Source of the DNA: an uncultured archaeon
GTDB lineage: Archaea; Asgardarchaeota; Lokiarchaeia; Sigyniarchaeales; Promethearchaeaceae
DNA length: 32,000 nt
Direction: 5' to 3'
NCBI GenBank assembly: GCA_964426185.1
Contig: CAYRPF010000016.1
Span: 16,191 to 48,190, forward strand
The notes under the pieces were generated by a model. That model searched no databases and was not told where the DNA came from. It worked only from the letters and a program-made list of their open reading frames with translations. The position numbers and the translations under genes are program-made. This document shows, piece after piece, positions 25,951 to 32,000 of this stretch. Within the stretch, counting starts at the first letter, position 1. Every line of letters starts with the position of its first letter.

Positions 25951-26916
25951 TTAATCTTCAATTTTAGCCCAAAAAACTTCAAAAAAGGTGGTTAAATCAA
26001 CATTACCGCCACTGAGAATAACACCCACTTTTTTTCTTGCAATTTTGATCTCCCCAGTTCGTAAAGCAGCTAAAGGGACCGCACTGGAAGGTTCTACAAT
26101 AATTTTCATTCTTTCCCAAAAAAATCGCATGGCATCCAGAATCTCTTGTTCGCCCACTCTAACAATCTCGGTTACATTTTGAGAAATAATTTGAAAAGTT
26201 CGGGGGCATAGGTTAGTTCGTAAGCCATCAGCTATGGTATTTGGATCGGAATTTTTCTGAATTATTCCAGAATGAAAGGATCTATATGCATCATCGGCAT
26301 TATAGGGTTCTCCTGCATAAACATCGATTTTAGAATTAAATCCTTTAGCAGCAATGCTTGTTCCACTTAATAGACCGCCCCCCCCAACCGGTGCAATAAT
26401 TAATTCCAAGTGGGGATATTCTTGTAATAATTCATAAGCAGCCGTTCCTGCACCAGCAATAATCTGATCATTGTCGTAGGGATGAATTAGGGTTTGTCCC
26501 TCTTTTTCCATTATTTGCTGGCAAGTTTCTTGTCTGGATTGCACGTTATTTTCACATTGAACCACTCGAGCACCATAAGTATCGCACGTAGCACGCAATT
26601 TTACTTGGGGAGAATTTTTTGGCATGACGATTGTAGCAGGAATACCAAGAATTGAAGCAGCCAGTGCAACCGCTTGCGCATGGTTTCCGCTTGAATGTGT
26701 GATTACTCCGCTTGCTTTCTGCAGTGAACTGAGCTGACTTAAAGCATTAAATGCACCTCGAAATTTAAAGGCACCTACCCGCTGGAAATTCTCGCATTTA
26801 AAGATAATCTCTGCATTCAATTCTCGATTTAAGGTGCGGGAAGTCATCACCGGCGTATGATTGATTTCCGATGAAATGCGATGGTGAGCTTGTATAATAT
26901 CGTTATATGTGACCAT
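25951..26916 (-). CDS. PLP-dependent serine racemase/serine-threonine dehydratase (fold type II), no ACT domain
   Basis: KCENFQRVGAFKFRGA, THSSGNH, PVGGGGL, EPYNADD, TIADG, SGGNVD. ATG 26916 preferred. Confidence 0.9.
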   Translation of the reverse strand: MVTYNDIIQAHHRISSEINHTPVMTSRTLNRELNAEIIFKCENFQRVGAFKFRGAFNALSQLSSLQKASGVITHSSGNHAQAVALAASILGIPATIVMPKNSPQVKLRATCDTYGARVVQCENNVQSRQETCQQIMEKEGQTLIHPYDNDQIIAGAGTAAYELLQEYPHLELIIAPVGGGGLLSGTSIAAKGFNSKIDVYAGEPYNADDAYRSFHSGIIQKNSDPNTIADGLRTNLCPRTFQIISQNVTEIVRVGEQEILDAMRFFWERMKIIVEPSSAVPLAALRTGEIKIARKKVGVILSGGNVDLTTFFEVFWAKIED

Positions 26917-26999
26917 AGATCTTACCAATATTAGGTGGTTATTTCTTCTAACAATTAAAAAGAGAAAATATTTTCTTTTTCATTGCATTGAGCTAGGTA

Positions 27000-28178
27000 A
27001 TGTCGCAGTCATTTAAGAAATCTTCATCTCAAATCAATGTGGATGTAACAACTACTTCTGACACTTTAAATTTACAACCCAAATCAGTATCTCTTAAATC
27101 AATTCTGAAAGAGGCATGGATTCTCTTTAAAAAAACAGCCTTACCTACTCTCGGATTAGTTATTCTTCTTAGTCTAATTACTGCAGTGTTTCGCTTAGTT
27201 TACATTCCTGGAGATTGGTATATTCACGCTAATCAATCATCTTATAACTCAATTTTAGAAAAATTATCATCTGGACAAACTGAATTGACACAAGAAGAAA
27301 ATTCTTTGCGGTTTGCTTATCAAATAATTACCAGCCTTACTTTATGGGGAAGATGGTCCATTCCTTTCTTTGCATTGCTATCAGTTGTCCTATTTTCTAC
27401 TGGTAAAATTTATTTCTTACAAACTCATGAACCCGATAGTCCACAAACTTGGAAGGAATCGATTTTGGTACCCTTTCACACCAAATCTCAAGGATTTACT
27501 GCGGTTTTGTATATACTTATTTATCCTCTGCTGATTACAGTTGGGTTGTTGATATTTATTATTCCGGGAATCTATATTTTTCTTCGAGGTATTTTTATCA
27601 TACATTCGATTATTGTAGATGAACACGGTGGAAGAATGGCATTTCGCGGCGGAAAATTCTACCTGCGAGATAATGTTAAACCTTTGATAGTTGTCTTTCT
27701 TATTGGCGTACTTATTCCATTATTCATAGGATCTTTGGTTTCAAATCCGATTATGAAAGCAATTGGCTACTCTGAAGATAAATACTTCACATTAATCGAT
27801 CCTTCCAACCAGCATATTGGATTAGTGCTGGTTTATTATATTTGTATGCACATCTTAGAAAATATTTGGTTTCTTCCAGCTCCAGCCTTGTTTGGAAGCG
27901 CTTTCTTCCACATTAGACAGCAAAAGCTCGAATTATACCGCAGTAATTCGGATTTCGAAATTAAATTACCTTCTTCTGCAGTCGATTTGTCATCTGGAGC
28001 TCCGGCTAAAGTTCTTAAAGAAGATATGGAAACAAATAACAAAACGGCATACATCTATACCGTTATAGTTGATCCAGCAACCGATTTTTATTATTGTCCT
28101 GTTTGCAAGAAAAAACTTCCCCTGTCGGCTAGAAAATGTACTAAATGTGGTGCGCTAATTCAACTCCTCAGAAAATAA
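27000..28178 (+). CDS. Multi-pass membrane protein with C-terminal zinc ribbon
   Basis: Several TM segments including GLLIFIIPGIYIF; C-terminal CPVC-x9-CTKC. Confidence 0.7.
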   Translation: MSQSFKKSSSQINVDVTTTSDTLNLQPKSVSLKSILKEAWILFKKTALPTLGLVILLSLITAVFRLVYIPGDWYIHANQSSYNSILEKLSSGQTELTQEENSLRFAYQIITSLTLWGRWSIPFFALLSVVLFSTGKIYFLQTHEPDSPQTWKESILVPFHTKSQGFTAVLYILIYPLLITVGLLIFIIPGIYIFLRGIFIIHSIIVDEHGGRMAFRGGKFYLRDNVKPLIVVFLIGVLIPLFIGSLVSNPIMKAIGYSEDKYFTLIDPSNQHIGLVLVYYICMHILENIWFLPAPALFGSAFFHIRQQKLELYRSNSDFEIKLPSSAVDLSSGAPAKVLKEDMETNNKTAYIYTVIVDPATDFYYCPVCKKKLPLSARKCTKCGALIQLLRK

Positions 28179-28410
28179 CCTTGAAGTAGTGTTACCAAAG
28201 AAATTCCAATACTTCAAGCATTTCACCCATTTCACAAAATTTTTTAGATATAATTATATTAGGGAACCATATCACAGATTATAAAATGTTGGGTATTGTG
28301 GTATATAACTGCTATATATTGATTGATACAAGCAGTATGAGAATAGGTATTTAAGGAAAGAACACTTTGCATTAGCACCCAGAATTGAATTGGGAAAATA
28401 AGTGAAATTG

Positions 28411-29973
28411 ATGAGAAGAATTCAACCCGTGGCAAAATTATTGGGAAAATTTGGCCAAATTTTAGTCCTTATGCTGATTTTATTAATTGGGGCCACTGTG
28501 GTTAATTTAATCCCAGCTATTTACAGTATCATCATCGATTACTACGAACTCCCCTCTTTGACTTATATTATGCTGGAAGAAGCAGTTTTTATTTTAATTG
28601 GAGCCATAATTTCCCTCGTATGGGGATATTCAATTGATAAATTGCACCACAAACGTATTTTATTATTCACTTTAATATTATTTTTAACTGGATTGCTGAT
28701 TTGCACCCTATCCACCCAATTTACCAATTTTTTCATTGGTCGGGTAATTACAGCACTTGGTTACGGGGCTTTTATTCCAATTATTTATTCTTTGCTATCG
28801 GATTACATTCCTGCCAAATATTGGTCAACCATCTTTGGAATTCTCGCTTTTATTAATTCTTTAGGCAATGTAACTGGTAATTTCTTATCAGGTTTCATTT
28901 CTCCGCTAAATATATGGAATCTACACTGGAAATTTTCTTTTGTGATTTTATCCGTGGTTACCTTGATTTTGGGAACTATTTTGATTTTTTTCCGATTTCC
29001 ACATCGAGGAGCAAGTTCGGTGGAGGTTGTTAATAAGGAGTTGGGTGAAATGCTTCGTGAAGGAAATCTTGCCTACCCTTTTCGAATAAAACGTCGAGAT
29101 TTACGTAAATTATGGAAAATAAAAACTAATCGCCGTTTGATCATTCTATCCTTTTTTGCGGTCATCCCAGGCTCGATTATGAGTTCCTTTTTAATTTATT
29201 ATATGTCTACATATCCCTTTGTTTCCTTTCCACAGGAAATTCGAATTCAGATTTCCCAAATTTTCGCGGGAGCGGTAGGAACGGGTTATTTCGTAGGAAC
29301 TTTTACCTTAGGTCCAGTTTTTGATCTATTGCATCGAAGATCTCCACGTTTAAGGGCATATTATACTTTCATTGGTCTATTAATTGCAATACCAATGATC
29401 ATATTCGCCTTTTTATTGATAGTACCAGTAAATTATGAGAAGTTAAATCTTGATCCAGCCCTTTTAGATAATACAATTAATCCCAACTTATATTTTGAGT
29501 TGGTCACCTCGATATTTTTTTATTACCCCACTTATACTTTTTACGTTTTTATGATGTTCGTGGGAAGTTTTTTAATCAGCGGTATCACCATTAATCGAAC
29601 GCCTACTCTTCTGGAGGTTAACGTTCCCGAACATATGGGTACCTCACAAGCCATGCTCCATTTTTCTGACCAGTTCGGAAAAGGCTTCACCTATCTCTTT
29701 ATCGCATTTCAATATTACATTTATGAATTTCTATTTTCAGTGGTCAACGGATTAATCATCTTGATTACCAGTATATTATTCTATATCGTTCCCTTATTGC
29801 TTTGGAAAAATATATCCAAGGATATTGAAGAAGAAAGTCATCGAGCCGCAGAAATTATTCGAGACAGATCTTTAAAAGAACCCGGTGAAATATCATCTCG
29901 CACATATACAATTTGCCAAGAACTAGAAGAAGAACTTTCGCAGAGTGAGACAAATTTTAAGGAAGATGGATAA
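28411..29973 (+). CDS. MFS transporter (spinster-like archaeal/bacterial group)
   Basis: WGYSIDKLHHKR, GRVITALGYG, SLLSDYIP, P.RGASS, LEVNVPEHMGT. Start is GTG 28402 or ATG 28411. Confidence 0.8.
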   Translation: MRRIQPVAKLLGKFGQILVLMLILLIGATVVNLIPAIYSIIIDYYELPSLTYIMLEEAVFILIGAIISLVWGYSIDKLHHKRILLFTLILFLTGLLICTLSTQFTNFFIGRVITALGYGAFIPIIYSLLSDYIPAKYWSTIFGILAFINSLGNVTGNFLSGFISPLNIWNLHWKFSFVILSVVTLILGTILIFFRFPHRGASSVEVVNKELGEMLREGNLAYPFRIKRRDLRKLWKIKTNRRLIILSFFAVIPGSIMSSFLIYYMSTYPFVSFPQEIRIQISQIFAGAVGTGYFVGTFTLGPVFDLLHRRSPRLRAYYTFIGLLIAIPMIIFAFLLIVPVNYEKLNLDPALLDNTINPNLYFELVTSIFFYYPTYTFYVFMMFVGSFLISGITINRTPTLLEVNVPEHMGTSQAMLHFSDQFGKGFTYLFIAFQYYIYEFLFSVVNGLIILITSILFYIVPLLLWKNISKDIEEESHRAAEIIRDRSLKEPGEISSRTYTICQELEEELSQSETNFKEDG

Positions 29974-29988
29974 AAAAAAAGAGAACAT

Positions 29989-31467
29989 ATGAAGATGAAC
30001 GATTTATTAACTTTTTTAAATAAGATATCGCACCGACCCTCTCAAATCTTTCATTATGAAAGAGAAATTCTACGACATCGTAATCAATTACAATACATCG
30101 CCCGCAAATCTATTCGTATGCCTTCCCCGATATCTTTCCAAAAATCACCTCATATATCTACTAAAAATCCTTCTCAAACAGTTCAATCATTAAGAAATTT
30201 ATCCCCACTGCTCGAGTCCAGTATTGTGCTTTATTTAGTCTACCGAATTCGCCATGAAAATGTACATTTTACTTCTTTATGGTCCGAATTAGAAAGTTTT
30301 CTTAAAATTTATTTTACTTCAAAACAATTCGCTTATCTCTATAAAAGAATTAAGAATTTTTCATGGGATATCGCTCTCCGTGGTAAAACCCCCGTTGAAA
30401 GACTTAGTTTGCGATTCGCGATGCCTTCATTTTTCATTCAGCAGCTTGTGAAGAAATTGGGAATGAGTGAAGCAGAAAAGCAGATCAAAGCTATATCTAA
30501 AGCTCATAAAATGGGTAAATTCTCCGTCGTATTTCCAAGTTCATATTCAATTCCTCAAAATCAAAATCTTACTCAAAATCAAAATTCAGAACAATCTACT
30601 ATATATTCATTATTAAATATCTGCGCTCAAAAAAAAGTTCACTATCAGCAACACGCACATATTCCCTCCCTGTTCATCTTCAATAATCGTGATAAATCAC
30701 ACCTTATTGTCTTACCCGAGTTTAGAAATGCACATGCCATGATTCAAGAAATTCCCTCGTATATTACCATCTATGTCGGGCTTGAAGCAGCACGTTCAGC
30801 TTCTCTCTTGAAAAATAAAAACTTAACTTCCATTCCACTCTCGATTTTAGAATACTGTGCTGCTCCTGGGAGTAAAACCCGACTAATAGAGACTTTGAAA
30901 CAACCAAATGATAGGGTTATAGCCCAAGATATCCACACGCAACGGATACATACGATTCCTCAATTAATTCAAGCACCAAATCTTAATTTTTTGCAGGCTG
31001 ATGGAATTACGCCTTGCTATAGGCTTGAAATGATGGCTGATAATTTCGACGGTGCAAAATTTGATCTTATATTTTTAGATGCTCCTTGCACGGGTAGTGG
31101 AACTCTTCATGTAAACCCGGAGTTGAAATGGCGCCAATCTGAAAATTTCTTATATAAACATGTAAAATTACAAGAAAAATTGCTTCAAAATGCTGTAACT
31201 ATGCTAAAACCAGGAGGTATTCTTATATACTCAACTTGTAGCCTTTACTCAGAAGAAAATGAACGACACTTCACCCCCTCTGCTCTGAAAGAATTAAAAA
31301 TTCGCCCATTGAACTTGCCATCATGGATTTCACAGAAAGAAACCATTCCTCTTGCCCCAATCCCAGAAATACATCAATTGATTAAATCCATGCATTACTT
31401 TTCTCCCATGCATAATAGCACGGCAGGATTTTTTCTTGCTTCTTTTAAAAGAATCCTTTCTGAATGA
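29989..31467 (+). CDS. RsmB/NOP2/NSUN family RNA m5C methyltransferase
   Basis: CAAPGSKT SAM-binding motif, DAPCTGSG (motif IV Cys), YSTCS (motif VI Cys), EENE, GFF. Confidence 0.92.
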   Translation: MKMNDLLTFLNKISHRPSQIFHYEREILRHRNQLQYIARKSIRMPSPISFQKSPHISTKNPSQTVQSLRNLSPLLESSIVLYLVYRIRHENVHFTSLWSELESFLKIYFTSKQFAYLYKRIKNFSWDIALRGKTPVERLSLRFAMPSFFIQQLVKKLGMSEAEKQIKAISKAHKMGKFSVVFPSSYSIPQNQNLTQNQNSEQSTIYSLLNICAQKKVHYQQHAHIPSLFIFNNRDKSHLIVLPEFRNAHAMIQEIPSYITIYVGLEAARSASLLKNKNLTSIPLSILEYCAAPGSKTRLIETLKQPNDRVIAQDIHTQRIHTIPQLIQAPNLNFLQADGITPCYRLEMMADNFDGAKFDLIFLDAPCTGSGTLHVNPELKWRQSENFLYKHVKLQEKLLQNAVTMLKPGGILIYSTCSLYSEENERHFTPSALKELKIRPLNLPSWISQKETIPLAPIPEIHQLIKSMHYFSPMHNSTAGFFLASFKRILSE

Positions 31468-31574
31468 GATGCGCATATTTATATTTAAAGAATAGTAACA
31501 TAATATAGTGGGATTTCTTTAGTGAATACTGAACATCTCACAGAAAAATCTAATTTTGGAGTGAAAATAAAAAC

Positions 31575-31895
31575 TTGCCGAAAGATTTAGTAGGAATATG
31601 CCCTAAATGCTCTCTCCCTATAGAGCTTTGTGTTTGCGAATCGCTGGCTCAAGAAGATCAAAAAATTACTATTTCCATTGATAAAAGAAAATGGGGTAAG
31701 CTAACGACTGTAATAAATTTTAATAATTTTGCTGGAGCGAATTTGAAAAAAATTGCCAAGAAAGCAAAATCTTACTGTGCCAGCGGAGGAACTGTAAAAG
31801 GGAATTCCATCGAGATTCAAGGAGATCATCGCAAGAAGATGAAACAATTTTTAGAGAAATTGGGTTATGCTGAAGAAAATATCGATATAATTTAA
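31575..31895 (+). CDS. sui1: Translation initiation factor aIF1/SUI1
   Basis: ICPKCSLPIELCVCE, KRKWGKLTTVI, CASGGTVK, IEIQGDHR. TTG start with GGAGTG SD upstream. Confidence 0.95.
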   Translation: MPKDLVGICPKCSLPIELCVCESLAQEDQKITISIDKRKWGKLTTVINFNNFAGANLKKIAKKAKSYCASGGTVKGNSIEIQGDHRKKMKQFLEKLGYAEENIDII

Positions 31896-31951
31896 ATGCG
31901 CATTTTTTTCAACTGTTCTAAAATAATTTTTTTCTTTCTTTCTTCGATATA

Positions 31952-31999
31952 TTAGATCTTCTTTGGCCATGCTTTTAAAAGATTTTTAGGAAGGGCATT
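31952..31999 (-). CDS. Possible 3' end of a gene entering from the right edge (partial)
   Basis: Open minus-strand frame NALPKNLLKAWPKKI* ending before an A/T-rich tract, convergent with sui1. Confidence 0.35.
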   Translation of the reverse strand, partial: NALPKNLLKAWPKKI

Positions 32000-32000
32000 T

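Noticed and set aside
1674-28054. Short antisense or alternate-frame ORFs nested inside larger genes (e.g. 1674-1934, 2088-2342, 10121-10522, 12313-12657, 17023-17277, 23374-23643, 27836-28054)
   Set aside because: Shadow ORFs of well-supported genes, with no recognisable motifs.
1-32000. tRNA, rRNA, integrase or intact IS element
   Set aside because: No GC-rich structured RNA, cloverleaf, recombinase or full transposase recognised by eye; a covariance-model scan would be needed to exclude small RNAs.

Overview
AT-rich archaeal chromosome segment, very likely from an Asgard archaeon (Lokiarchaeia/Promethearchaeota-like). The inference rests on a Rab-like small GTPase without a prenylation motif, two tandem roadblock/LC7 genes, a longin-like gene, a secreted protein ending in an IPGY-TM-basic (Loki-CTERM-like) sorting signal, an archaeal ScpA kleisin and archaeal aIF1/SUI1. 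The metabolic content is four MFS transporters, a DUF59-like protein, two flavoprotein oxidoreductases, a GH36 alpha-galactosidase, a nitrilase-family amidase, a serine racemase/dehydratase, an RsmB/NOP2 methyltransferase and a B12-dependent acyl-CoA mutase operon (adenosyltransferase, large subunit, B12-binding subunit, MeaB, and a translationally coupled Cys-rich unknown). The best leads are five: (1) the mutase has isobutyryl-CoA-mutase specificity residues (Phe/Gln), an unusual Asp->His change and an uncharacterised Cys-rich partner gene; (2) an elongated ScpA kleisin, with no scpB or smc in the window, is followed closely by an 805-aa helical-repeat protein; (3) a roadblock-roadblock-longin cluster hides a 42-aa AT-hook-like ORF missed by the ORF track; (4) the PLP enzyme looks like a eukaryote-type serine racemase; (5) aIF1 must start at UUG. 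No rRNA, tRNA, CRISPR array or intact mobile element was recognised. All family calls come from motif recognition by eye; no database search was run.
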